DNA of 64,000 nt from Candidatus Sulfopaludibacter sp. SbA3 (GTDB taxonomy: Bacteria > Acidobacteriota > Terriglobia > 20CM-2-55-15). The DNA lies in the NCBI GenBank assembly GCA_945865815.1, contig CAMBFR010000009.1:689-64688 (forward strand), in the 5' to 3' direction. Position 1 is the first letter of the stretch, and each line of letters begins with the position of its first letter. The notes under the pieces were generated by a model that made no database searches, had not been told where the DNA came from, and worked only from the letters and a program-made list of their open reading frames with translations. Both the position numbers and the translations under genes were made by a program. This document shows, piece after piece, positions 39,895 to 50,899 of this stretch.

Positions 39895-40623
39895 CTAGTT
39901 AGACAGAGAGCCGGCCTGCTTCTTTTCGGCGTTCCTCTTGCGAGTCTCGAGGGCCTTGTTAAACCACTCGTCGGCCTGAGTAATGAGCTGAGTCTTCTCT
40001 TCCTCGATTTCAGTCAGGCGAGCCTTCTCACGAAAGAGAAGATTCTTGTACGTCATGGCGTCTTCGTAGTCGGGATTGAGCGCCAGAGCCTTATCGAGGT
40101 TCTGCAAGCCTTCCTCGATCAGTTGACTCTGCTGCTCTGGCGGCGGCGGGTTATTCTTGTCGAAAACGATAATCCAGTTCACGCTGCCGATCGCATAGAG
40201 CGGCACCGGGTTGTTTGGCTCCAGTTGCGCATGCTTCATGTAGAACTCACGCGCCTTCTGGAGATCGTCCGTATTCTGGTACATGCTGGCCATGCCGGCG
40301 GTTGCAGTCACATTGTTCGGATCACGCCCCAAGACCTTTTGGTAAGTCTGGATGGCCAGGTCGGCGTTCTTCTGATTGTCTTCGGATTGAGCACCCGGAA
40401 TGAACTGTTGCTGGTAAGCGGTGCCAAGGTAGAGCTCCGCGTCGACCAACTCCGGATCCAGCCGGACGGCTTCCTGGAAGAACTGGACCGCAGCTTCGTA
40501 TTTGGCATCTCTGAAAGCGCGCACTCCCTTGTTCAGGTTATCCCGCGCCTGCAGTTTTGCGCAGCTGGCGGAGGCCAGTGCCAGGATTGCCAAGAGGGCG
40601 AGGATCAATTTTTTTTGCTGCAT
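39895..40623 (-). CDS. TPR-repeat lipoprotein
   Basis: Lipobox ASC; TPRs ending 'AVRLDP', 'VLGRDP', 'ALALNP'. Confidence 0.85.
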   Translation of the reverse strand: MQQKKLILALLAILALASASCAKLQARDNLNKGVRAFRDAKYEAAVQFFQEAVRLDPELVDAELYLGTAYQQQFIPGAQSEDNQKNADLAIQTYQKVLGRDPNNVTATAGMASMYQNTDDLQKAREFYMKHAQLEPNNPVPLYAIGSVNWIIVFDKNNPPPPEQQSQLIEEGLQNLDKALALNPDYEDAMTYKNLLFREKARLTEIEEEKTQLITQADEWFNKALETRKRNAEKKQAGSLSN

Positions 40624-40645
40624 AATGCGAATACCTCCCCTTCCG

Positions 40646-41080
40646 TTATTGAGTTGGTGACTGGATCTGCTCGGTCATCAAGCCGACCTTGTCAACTCCC
40701 GAACCTTTGGCGACGTCAATGATCTTGATGACGTCGGTAAAAAGAAGATCGGGGTCCGCGTTCACAAAGATTGTGCGGTCGTTGCGGGTCTTGAAGATGT
40801 CCTGAAATCGATCGGCGAGAAAGCGCAACTCGACGTCGTCCTGGTTGATCTTGATGAGTCCCGCGTTATCGATCGTCACAACAACAGTCTTGTTCAGCTC
40901 GTCCGGTGGCGGAGGGGGAGTTCCCGGCGGCGGCGGCTGTGGAACGGCCGCATCCAGACCCCTCGGCGTCATCGGAGTGATCACCATGAAGATGACCAGC
41001 AACACCAGGAGAATATCAATGAACGGAGTAATGTTGATATCTGCCTTGGACGCCAAATTCTTCGGTTTCTTTCTACTCAT
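40646..41080 (-). CDS. exbD: ExbD/TolR family protein
   Basis: INITPFIDILLVLLVIFM TM with the conserved Asp. Confidence 0.92.
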   Translation of the reverse strand: MSRKKPKNLASKADINITPFIDILLVLLVIFMVITPMTPRGLDAAVPQPPPPGTPPPPPDELNKTVVVTIDNAGLIKINQDDVELRFLADRFQDIFKTRNDRTIFVNADPDLLFTDVIKIIDVAKGSGVDKVGLMTEQIQSPTQ

Positions 41081-41088
41081 GTGGCCTC

Positions 41089-41523
41089 CTACTGCCGGAC
41101 CGCGTCGTCGAGACGTTCGGTCAATAAACCAATTCTGTCGACGCCGGCACTCCGGATGGTATCTACAACCTGAACAACGCTGCCATATTTCGCGCGAAAA
41201 TCGCTCTTTACATAAACGGTCTTGTCAAGCCTGCTGGAGACCATGTCACCAACTTTTCTCGCAAGTTCTTCCAGGGTGATGCGATCCATTCCCAGGAAGT
41301 AGTTTCCGTCGCGCGTGACCGCAATCAAAACGGCGTCGTCACGATCGGCCTCTGTCATATCGACAGGGTTTGCGGTTTTTGCCATCTCGACAGTTGCGCC
41401 CTTCTGCAACATCGGAGTGACCACCATGAAGATGATCAACAGCACAAGCATCACGTCTGCCATCGGCGTTACGTTAATTTCGGAGGTGACTTCGCCTCGG
41501 CCACCTCCACCGCTCATCGCCAT
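41089..41523 (-). CDS. exbD: ExbD/TolR family protein
   Basis: EINVTPMADVMLVLLIIFMV, K.D...YG.V..V.D. Confidence 0.92.
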   Translation of the reverse strand: MAMSGGGGRGEVTSEINVTPMADVMLVLLIIFMVVTPMLQKGATVEMAKTANPVDMTEADRDDAVLIAVTRDGNYFLGMDRITLEELARKVGDMVSSRLDKTVYVKSDFRAKYGSVVQVVDTIRSAGVDRIGLLTERLDDAVRQ

Positions 41524-41529
41524 GGTTGG

Positions 41530-42252
41530 TTACTTCTTTCCCGAGCGCTGCTTGATGAAGTAATCAATCAGCTCGGATGATGAGTTGGTCATTTCGATGG
41601 TGAATGCCTCGACTTTGTTGGTGAACCAGTTGTAGGCCCAAACTGCGGGAACGGCCACGAACAAACCGAAAGCGGTAGTAAGGAGAGCTTCAGAAATACC
41701 GCCGGCCACAGCCGACAGGCCAGCCGTCTTTTCAGATGACATGGCAGCGAATGCGTTGATGATTCCGACAGTGGTTCCAAACAGACCGACGAAAGGAGCC
41801 GTCGCACCGATTGTCGCAAGACCCGAAAGGCCGCGCTTCAATTCGGCGTTCACGATAGCCTCAGCGCGCTCGCAGGCACGGCGGGAGGATTCAATAGTCT
41901 CCCCGGCCAGCTCGCTGGACACGTTATGCGCGCGGAATTCCTGAAGACCGGCCTCGACGACTTTGGCCAGATGGCTGCGCTTGTTTTGCTCGGCCACGCT
42001 GATGGCTTCATCAATTTTCCCTTCCTTCAAGCAACCGGCAACCGCGGGAGCAAACTCCCGGGACTGCTTGCGAGCCTGGCTGAAGGCAATGTAACGATCG
42101 ATCATCACTCCGATTGACCATGCAGACATGACGGCGAGAAGGACAACGACCGCCTTGGCGGCGAATCCCATCTGCGCCCACATTGAGCGAAGGTCAAAAC
42201 CGACCTCCTGCAGGAGCAACATTCCAAGAAAGTTCAGTTTAAAGAGAAGCAT
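41530..42252 (-). CDS. exbB: MotA/TolQ/ExbB proton channel protein
   Basis: LATIGATAPFVGLFGTTVGI and GISEALLTTAFGL.VAVPA. Confidence 0.93.
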   Translation of the reverse strand: MLLFKLNFLGMLLLQEVGFDLRSMWAQMGFAAKAVVVLLAVMSAWSIGVMIDRYIAFSQARKQSREFAPAVAGCLKEGKIDEAISVAEQNKRSHLAKVVEAGLQEFRAHNVSSELAGETIESSRRACERAEAIVNAELKRGLSGLATIGATAPFVGLFGTTVGIINAFAAMSSEKTAGLSAVAGGISEALLTTAFGLFVAVPAVWAYNWFTNKVEAFTIEMTNSSSELIDYFIKQRSGKK

Positions 42253-42376
42253 AAAATCCAAATCCTCCTAAAAATTCCTGTCTCACAGGGTGTAATTTCT
42301 TGGCTCTCTACGGCCGCAGGGCTCAGCCCGCGGCCGCAAGAAGCCTGAATCGTAAAGTGTTCCGCTGGCGATCTCG

Positions 42377-43126
42377 CTATTGGAACGCGAAATTCACAGT
42401 AATCGTAGTCACCACTTCCACGGGCTCGTTATTCAACATCGTCGGCTTGTATTGCCATTGCTTCACAGCATCGAGCGCAGCGTTGATCAACAGCGGATGA
42501 CCGGTAATGACCTTCAGGTTATCGACCGCTCCGGTTTTGCTGATGACGGCTTCCAGAACTACTACACCTTGAATACGCGCCTGTCTGGCAAGCGGCGGAT
42601 AAACCGGCTTCACCTGATTCACCAGATTCGCCTGTTGAACATTTCCTCCAACGCGGACGCGTTGCGGCGGCGGTGGCGGCGGCGGCGGTGGCGGTGGTGG
42701 TGGCGGCGGCGGCGGCGCGGCATCATCCTGCGACTTCAGAACGCCTCCCAGTACTCCGGCGAGCACTCCAGAGCGGTTCGTCCCTCCCACAACGCCCAGG
42801 GACGGCGGCGGGCCTTCGTCGCGAATGATCGCGATTTCCTTTGGGATCTCGGTCGGCGCAACCATGGTTCCAGGATCAATCTGCACTTCTCTCACGACCA
42901 CTTGCTGGACCGGCGCGACTTCAGTTGGTGGCGGCGGTGGCGGTGGTGGTGGCGGCGGCGGCGCGACCAAAAACGTCAGCAACGTGCCTGCTTCCAGCTC
43001 CGAGTAATTGAGCAACGGAATCAAGATCATGACGAGGATGATCACGACGTGAATCACGGTCGAAATCAATACCGTAGCGCCCTTCTTCGCCTGTCCGCTG
43101 GACTCGATCAAAGAATCCTCGAACAT
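42377..43126 (-). CDS. tonB: TonB-family energy transducer
   Basis: TM with S..IH motif, two poly-Pro tracts, TonB_C 'P.YP..AR..RIQG.V...A.DAVKQW.YKP'. Confidence 0.92.
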   Translation of the reverse strand: MFEDSLIESSGQAKKGATVLISTVIHVVIILVMILIPLLNYSELEAGTLLTFLVAPPPPPPPPPPPPTEVAPVQQVVVREVQIDPGTMVAPTEIPKEIAIIRDEGPPPSLGVVGGTNRSGVLAGVLGGVLKSQDDAAPPPPPPPPPPPPPPPPPQRVRVGGNVQQANLVNQVKPVYPPLARQARIQGVVVLEAVISKTGAVDNLKVITGHPLLINAALDAVKQWQYKPTMLNNEPVEVVTTITVNFAFQ

Positions 43127-43329
43127 ACCGTTCAACCTCCCTTCAAACTATCTGTATGGCGATAAGCTCCATCTCTGGGCTCACGCCAAACCTGTCAGGA
43201 CTTTCGTCTCGAATCACCGACGAAGCCGTATGCCGCAGCGAGCGGAACCAATTAAATGCCGACTCCTCGAAGCTGATTCTTCCTCTTTAAACGTTAACGC
43301 TAGGCAGGCATTTGTAAACAGGACGGAAA

Positions 43330-43358
43330 CTTATATCAACGCACTGCCCATATGTCAA
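43330..43358 (-). promoter_or_regulatory. Near-consensus sigma70 promoter for the tonB operon
   Basis: TTGACA-N17-TATAAG on the minus strand. Confidence 0.75.
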
Positions 43359-43378
43359 CCGCCCGTTTTCCCCCAGAA

Positions 43379-44341
43379 CTACTTCGCTTTCACTGAACGC
43401 GCAACCTTCGTGGAAGCTAACGGCTGAACTGCCGCCTGGCTTCTCCATCTCGAATAAATCAACACCAGCGGTGAGGCGATCGCTACCGTCGAATAAGCTC
43501 CGACGATTACGCCTATAACAAGGGTGAACGCGAAATTGTTGATGATTTCACCGCCGAACACGAACAGGGCCAGGACGGCAACAAACGTCGAGATCGCTGT
43601 CAGAATCGTGCGGCCGAACGTTTGGTTAATGGCCTCGTTCAGCACGGCCTCCATGTCGTCCCGCCGGCGGACCTTCAGGTTTTCGCGGACGCGATCGAAG
43701 ATCACAATCGTGTCGTTAACCGAATAACCGACAAGAGTCAGGAGGGCCGCAATCACAGTCAAGTTGATCTCACGATCAAACAGCGAGAAGAAGCCGAGCG
43801 TTACCAGGGCATCATGAAACACCGCGAAGACCGCCGCCGCACCATATATCCATTCAAATCGGAACGCGATGTAAATGAGAATTCCGCCAAGCGCGTACAG
43901 AGTGGCAAAAATGGCCTGGCGTCTCAGGTCAGCCCCGACTTTCGGCCCGACCGACTCGGCCTTCAAGAGCTCGTATTTGCCGGAAAAACCCTTTTCCAGG
44001 GCGTTGTTGATAACTTCCCGGCCAAGACTTGCGTCGGTCGCGTCGGCTTCGCCTTCGAACTCGATCAGGAAATTGTTTTCAAGGCCCGCGCCCCTTAGTT
44101 CCTGAATCTGGCTGTTCAGGGCGCCGTTGTCACGCAATGTCTGCCGCACGGTATCGACAGTGACGGGCTCGTTGAATTTGACGTATACGAGCGTACCGCC
44201 CTTGAAATCGACTCCGTAACGGAACGCCCCGTGACCGATCAGCGAGATTGCTCCAATCAGGATCAGGGCGCCCGATACTGCGAGAAACAATTTCCTCTTA
44301 CCGAGCCAATCGACCTTAATGTTTTTAAATAGTTGAACCAT
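43379..44341 (-). CDS. secF: Protein translocase subunit SecF
   Basis: GVDFKGG, VGPKVG, YIAFRF, HD, GYSVNDTIVIFDRVRE. Confidence 0.96.
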   Translation of the reverse strand: MVQLFKNIKVDWLGKRKLFLAVSGALILIGAISLIGHGAFRYGVDFKGGTLVYVKFNEPVTVDTVRQTLRDNGALNSQIQELRGAGLENNFLIEFEGEADATDASLGREVINNALEKGFSGKYELLKAESVGPKVGADLRRQAIFATLYALGGILIYIAFRFEWIYGAAAVFAVFHDALVTLGFFSLFDREINLTVIAALLTLVGYSVNDTIVIFDRVRENLKVRRRDDMEAVLNEAINQTFGRTILTAISTFVAVLALFVFGGEIINNFAFTLVIGVIVGAYSTVAIASPLVLIYSRWRSQAAVQPLASTKVARSVKAK

Positions 44342-44397
44342 TCCGATTTACCTAACTATAGACACCGAAGTGGATAGTCTTGTTCCCCCCGGGAATT

Positions 44398-45999
44398 TCA
44401 AATGCTGAGCGCTTCAGAGCGGCCTTTTCGCGAAAGAACCAATTCGAAGAGCGTCCTAGAAACAAAGACCGACGTGAACATGTTCGCAATCAGACCGATA
44501 ATGAGAGTCACAGCGAATCCTTTTACAGGCCCGGTTCCGAACAGGAACAGAAAGATTGCCGATATCAGCGCGGCCAGATGCGTATCGACCAGCGTTATAA
44601 ACACGCGCTGGAAGCTCGTCGTCACAGCCGATATAGGTGTTTTGCCGGCCCTCATTTCTTCGCGAATGCGTTCGAAGATGAGCACGTTCGAATCGATACC
44701 CATACCAATGGTCAGAATTACGCCGGCAATGCCGGGCAGGGTCAGCGCAGCTCCAAAATAGGCCATCGCTCCCAGCAGAATGAGCAGATTCAGCGCCATT
44801 GCGACGGTCGCATTGATTCCTGAAAACCTGTAGTAGAAGAGCACGAGGATAACGACGGCTATCAATGCGGCAATCGAGGCAATGACTCCCTTACGAATGG
44901 AATCCGCGCCAAGCGAGGGGCCAACCACCTGCTCTTCGAGATATTGAATCGAGGCGGGCAATGCGCCCGATCGCAGGACTAAAGCGAGGTCCTGTGCGAC
45001 CTGCGGCACAAATCCGGTAGCTCCGCCGGTAATCACGCCCGAATCCGTAATCCGGTCATTAATAGTAGGCGCCGACTGGATGCGGCCATCGAGAACGATG
45101 GCCAGCTGCCGGCCGATGTTGGCCTCCGTCGTCCTGCCGAAACGCTGCGCGCCATCGGCGTTCAGATTGAAACTCACTGCCGGCCGGCCATTCTCGTCGC
45201 GTGATGGAAATGCACCCTTCAAATCGCGGCCTGTTACGGCTGCCACACGGTCAACCGCGTAATACATGGTTGATGTCGTGGGAACGCCCGGATCCCGTTC
45301 GACGGATGGAAGGATTTCGATGTTGGCCGGAACCAGGCCACCGTAGTTCTGAATGGCGGCGTCCTGGCTTGCAAAAGGTCCCGCCTGGACGATCTTGAGC
45401 TCGAGCAGGGCCGTCGACTGCATGATGCCCTTCACGCGGGCCGGATCATCGACGCCTGGTAACTGAACGACGATCTCGTCCGTGCTGCCCTGCTTTTGAA
45501 TGTTGATTTCGCCGACTCCGAATTCATCAATACGGTTGCGAATCGTATTGATGGCCTGATCGACCGCCTGTGTCCTGTAGAGCTGGGTCGTTGCCGGCTT
45601 CAAGCGCATCGTGTAAGTGTTCGGCACTTCGCCGGCGGTAGAAACCAGATCCCACTCCGTGAAACCACCGCTCAACATGCGGCGAACATCGGCATCTTTG
45701 CTGGGGTCTACCCCGACGGCTGTGAACTGGTCATTCTGCGCTCTGGTAAGTTGGCGGAAAGCAATGTTCTCGCTTTGAAGGACCTCGCGCAGCCGTTCGA
45801 TTGCCTGGTCCGTCTCGGACCGGATGGCGTCGTCGGTAACGACCTGCAGCACCAGGTGGGTACCGCCCCGAAGATCCAGGCCAAGTTTGATCTTCTCGCT
45901 CATCTTCGCAAACGATGGAGGAAAACCGGCAAACAGAAACACCGCCAGCGCAGCAACACCTGCAGTGATCAACAATCGTGTGCGAATTCTCTTTTTCAT
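44398..45999 (-). CDS. secD: Protein translocase subunit SecD
   Basis: LGLDLRGG, LRSGALPA, VGPSLG, LTLPGIAG, IDSNVLIFERIREE. Confidence 0.96.
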   Translation of the reverse strand: MKKRIRTRLLITAGVAALAVFLFAGFPPSFAKMSEKIKLGLDLRGGTHLVLQVVTDDAIRSETDQAIERLREVLQSENIAFRQLTRAQNDQFTAVGVDPSKDADVRRMLSGGFTEWDLVSTAGEVPNTYTMRLKPATTQLYRTQAVDQAINTIRNRIDEFGVGEINIQKQGSTDEIVVQLPGVDDPARVKGIMQSTALLELKIVQAGPFASQDAAIQNYGGLVPANIEILPSVERDPGVPTTSTMYYAVDRVAAVTGRDLKGAFPSRDENGRPAVSFNLNADGAQRFGRTTEANIGRQLAIVLDGRIQSAPTINDRITDSGVITGGATGFVPQVAQDLALVLRSGALPASIQYLEEQVVGPSLGADSIRKGVIASIAALIAVVILVLFYYRFSGINATVAMALNLLILLGAMAYFGAALTLPGIAGVILTIGMGIDSNVLIFERIREEMRAGKTPISAVTTSFQRVFITLVDTHLAALISAIFLFLFGTGPVKGFAVTLIIGLIANMFTSVFVSRTLFELVLSRKGRSEALSI

Positions 46000-46019
46000 A
46001 TGCTTGCTCTCTAAGAGTT

Positions 46020-47422
<1,403 letters not shown>

Positions 47423-48403
47423 TTAAACAAGGTGGCAGGCGACATCGCGGTCGTCACCAAGTTTTCGAAGCGGTGGTTCTTCGACGCGGCAGCGGTCGAC
47501 AGCGATGGGACAACGCGTATGGAATCGGCATCCGGAAGGAGGATTGATCGGTGTCGGGACATCACCTTTGAGCACGATCCGTTGTTTCTTTGCCGCAGGG
47601 TCTGGAATCGGCACTGCGCTCAACAGCGCGAGAGTGTAGGGGTGCTTAGGGTCCAGACAAATCTGTTCGCTCGTGCCAACCTCTACGATCTTGCCCAGGT
47701 ACATGACGCCGATTCGCGTGGAAATATGCTCAATCACGGGAATCGCGTGCGAAATGAACAGATATGTCAGTCCAAACTGTTCTTGAAGATCCGCAAGAAG
47801 ATTGATGATCTGCGCCTGAATGGAAACGTCGAGCGCCGAAACCGGCTCGTCGGCAACAATCAGTTTGGGCTTCAGCGCCAGCGCCCGGGCGATGCCGATT
47901 CGCTGCCTCTGGCCTCCGCTGAACTCGTGCGGATATCGATTCATCACCGTGGGATCCAGCCCTACGGTCTTCAACAATTCGGCGACGCGATCGGTACCGT
48001 CAGATACGGCAACCATGCCGTGGATGACAAAAGGCTCGCCCACTATCGATCGAATGGTCATTCGCGGATTCAGCGATGCGTATGGATCCTGGAAAATGAT
48101 CTGCATGTCGCGCCGCGCCTGGCGCAACGCCGAAGAACTCAACGCGCGCAGATCGCGGCCTTCAAAGCGTATTTCTCCATCGTCCGGTTCGATCAGGCGC
48201 AGAACGGCGCGGCCGGCCGTAGTCTTTCCGCACCCGGACTCGCCGACCAGGCCGAACGTCTCGCCTCTGCCGATATCAAAGCTGATGTCGTCGACCGCTT
48301 TGACGTGGGCGGCCACTCGGGAAAGGACACCCCGGCGTATCGGAAAATACTTCTTCAGATTGCGAACTCGGAGAAGGGCCTCGCGCTCGTCAGGAATGGG
48401 CAT
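47423..48403 (-). CDS. Oligopeptide/dipeptide ABC ATPase (OppF/DppF-like)
   Basis: [29 protein letters not shown]-terminal GCRFHTRC...ACH. Confidence 0.93.
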   Translation of the reverse strand: MPIPDEREALLRVRNLKKYFPIRRGVLSRVAAHVKAVDDISFDIGRGETFGLVGESGCGKTTAGRAVLRLIEPDDGEIRFEGRDLRALSSSALRQARRDMQIIFQDPYASLNPRMTIRSIVGEPFVIHGMVAVSDGTDRVAELLKTVGLDPTVMNRYPHEFSGGQRQRIGIARALALKPKLIVADEPVSALDVSIQAQIINLLADLQEQFGLTYLFISHAIPVIEHISTRIGVMYLGKIVEVGTSEQICLDPKHPYTLALLSAVPIPDPAAKKQRIVLKGDVPTPINPPSGCRFHTRCPIAVDRCRVEEPPLRKLGDDRDVACHLV

Positions 48404-49364
48404 GGATGCAGCGAACCTCCTGGCGTTCGTTCACCGGCTCGAGCTGAATCTCGGTACGCGTGCATTCATCGGTTTTCTTCGGACAGCGGGGCGCGAACGA
48501 GCATCCGGCAGGCAGCCTGAGCAGATTCGGAACCATGCCTTCGACTACATCGAGACGATCTTTCTTCAACCGGCTTGAACCCAAACGCGGTATGGACCGC
48601 AACAGCCCCTGAGTGTATGGATGCCTCGCGTTATGGAAGACATCCATGGCAGGTCCGATCTCGATGATCTTCCCCGCATACATCACCGCCACGGTTTCTG
48701 CGACTTCCGCGATCACGCCGAGATCGTGCGAAATGAGGATCAGCGAAAGGTTGTATTGGCTTCGAAGGCTGTCCAGGAGTTCGAGAATCTGGGCTTGAAT
48801 AGTGACATCGAGCGCTGTAGTCGGCTCATCGGCGATTACCAGTGCGGGATTGCAGACAAGCGCCATGGCGATCATGATCCGCTGACGCATGCCGCCCGAG
48901 AGCTGGTGGGGATAGTCCCTGGCACGCTTTTCAGGGTCCGGAATGGAAACCGCCCGCATGGCCTCCACAGCGCGAGACCAGGCTTCCTGTTTCGAAATGT
49001 TCTCGTGTGCACGAACCGCCTCGACGATCTGAAAACCCACTTCAAACACTGGATTCAATGCGGTCATCGGTTCCTGAAAGATCATTGAGATTTGAGCGCC
49101 CCGCACCTGCCGCATGTCGTCTTCGCTGAGAGTAATAAGGTCGCGGCCGTTCAAGAGGACTTGACCTTCAACGATTCTGCCGGGAGGACTGATCAGCCGT
49201 GTGATCGACATCGCCGTGACGCTCTTCCCGCATCCGCTTTCGCCGACCAGTCCCAGGGTCTTCCCCTTTTCGAGGCGGAATGAAACGCCGTCTACCGCCT
49301 TGATAACGCCTTCGTGGGTAAAGAAGTGGGTTTTTAGATTTTTGACTTCAAGAACGTTCGTCAA
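48390..49364 (-). CDS. Oligopeptide/dipeptide ABC ATPase (OppD/DppD-like)
   Basis: [40 protein letters not shown]. Confidence 0.93.
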   Translation of the reverse strand: MTNVLEVKNLKTHFFTHEGVIKAVDGVSFRLEKGKTLGLVGESGCGKSVTAMSITRLISPPGRIVEGQVLLNGRDLITLSEDDMRQVRGAQISMIFQEPMTALNPVFEVGFQIVEAVRAHENISKQEAWSRAVEAMRAVSIPDPEKRARDYPHQLSGGMRQRIMIAMALVCNPALVIADEPTTALDVTIQAQILELLDSLRSQYNLSLILISHDLGVIAEVAETVAVMYAGKIIEIGPAMDVFHNARHPYTQGLLRSIPRLGSSRLKKDRLDVVEGMVPNLLRLPAGCSFAPRCPKKTDECTRTEIQLEPVNERQEVRCIHAHS

Positions 49365-50872
49365 ACTGCCACGGCCTCCCGAAATTCGCCATGAACCCGG
49401 CGAAACGCGTCGGAAATTTCTCCAACCGTGGCGTACGCTTCGACCGCGTCAAGAATCAAAGGCATAAGGTTTTCATTTCCTCGCGCGGCTTCCTCAAGCC
49501 GCTGCAAGGCAGCGGTCACGACACGGCCGGCACGCTCGGCGCGGATACGCTTGAGGCCACGGATCTGTGCTGCTTCGAGGGCCGGATCCGCAATGTGGAC
49601 GGGAATGTCCGGGCCCTTGCCCGCGCGAAATTCGTTCACCCCAACAACAATCCGTTCCCTGGTCTCCATGGAACGGAGATACGTATATGCAGACTCCTGG
49701 ATTTCCCGCTGCACCCAGCCTGCTTCGATTGCAGGAAGCATCCCTCCCATACTTTCGATCTTTGCGAGATAGTCGGCTGTCTCCTCCTCGATCTGATTCG
49801 TGAGCTCCTCGATGGCGTAGGCTCCGCCGACCGGGTCGACAGTGTTGGCAATGCCGGACTCGTACGCAATGATCTGCTGAGTCCGCAAGGCAAGCCGGGC
49901 CGAATCCTCGGTTGGCAAACCGAGCGCTTCGTCTTTGGAATTCGTGTGCAATGACTGTGCGCCACCGAGAATGGCCGCGACCGCCTGTATTGTTGTTCGT
50001 GTGACGTTGTTATCGGGCTGCTGCGCGGTAAGAGACGAACCGGCGGTTTGCGCGTGGAACCGCAGCATCATCGACCGTGGGTTCTTCGCCCCAAAGCGAT
50101 CGCGCGCAATCTTTGCCCAGATTCTTCGCGCGGCCCGGTACTTCGCGATTTCTTCAAGAAAGTTATTGTGCGCATTGAAGAAAAACGAAAGCCGCGGAGC
50201 GAAGGAATCGATGTCGAGGCCGCGCTCAAGGGCCGCCTGCACGTACGCGATCGCATTGCCGAACGTGAATGCCAGCTCCTGGACGGCCGTTGAACCCGCT
50301 TCACGGATGTGATAGCCGCTGATCGAAATCGTATTCCAGTTCGGAACCTCGTCTTTGCAGTACGCGAAGATATCCGTAACAATCCGCAACGAGAATTTGG
50401 GCGGGTAAATGTACGTACCTCGCGCGATGTACTCCTTCAGCATGTCGTTCTGAATCGTCCCGTTTATCGCTTTCGGTGAAATGCCCTGCTTCTTTGCGAC
50501 CCCAATGTACATGGCGAGCAGAATCGCGGCAGTGGAGTTGATCGTCATCGAGGTTGAGGCGCGGTCCAGCGGGATTCCCTCAAACACCGATTCCATGTCG
50601 CGAATCGTATTGATCGCAACGCCAACCTTGCCGACTTCGCCCGCGGCAAGAGCATGGTCCGAGTCGAGGCCCATCTGAGTGGGTAGATCGAACGCTACGG
50701 AAAGGCCCGTTTGTCCATGATCGAGGAGATATTTGAATCGCTTATTGGTTTCGGCGGCCGAACCATAGCCCGCATACTGACGCATCGTCCAGAGCCTCCC
50801 GCGGTACATCGTGGGCTGTATGCCTCGCGTATACGGGAACTCTCCCGGCGAGCCGATTTCTGTGGGGGCCAT
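49361..50872 (-). CDS. Methylmalonyl-CoA mutase family, substrate-binding (large) subunit
   Basis: [41 protein letters not shown]. No C-terminal DxHxxG B12-binding domain. Confidence 0.93.
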   Translation of the reverse strand: MAPTEIGSPGEFPYTRGIQPTMYRGRLWTMRQYAGYGSAAETNKRFKYLLDHGQTGLSVAFDLPTQMGLDSDHALAAGEVGKVGVAINTIRDMESVFEGIPLDRASTSMTINSTAAILLAMYIGVAKKQGISPKAINGTIQNDMLKEYIARGTYIYPPKFSLRIVTDIFAYCKDEVPNWNTISISGYHIREAGSTAVQELAFTFGNAIAYVQAALERGLDIDSFAPRLSFFFNAHNNFLEEIAKYRAARRIWAKIARDRFGAKNPRSMMLRFHAQTAGSSLTAQQPDNNVTRTTIQAVAAILGGAQSLHTNSKDEALGLPTEDSARLALRTQQIIAYESGIANTVDPVGGAYAIEELTNQIEEETADYLAKIESMGGMLPAIEAGWVQREIQESAYTYLRSMETRERIVVGVNEFRAGKGPDIPVHIADPALEAAQIRGLKRIRAERAGRVVTAALQRLEEAARGNENLMPLILDAVEAYATVGEISDAFRRVHGEFREAVAV

Positions 50873-50899
50873 AGGGGGTTAGAGTAGCACAGCCAAAGT

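Noticed and set aside
42664..42963. GGC/GGT tandem repeats as a VNTR or contingency locus
   Set aside because: They encode the ordinary poly-proline spacers of TonB.
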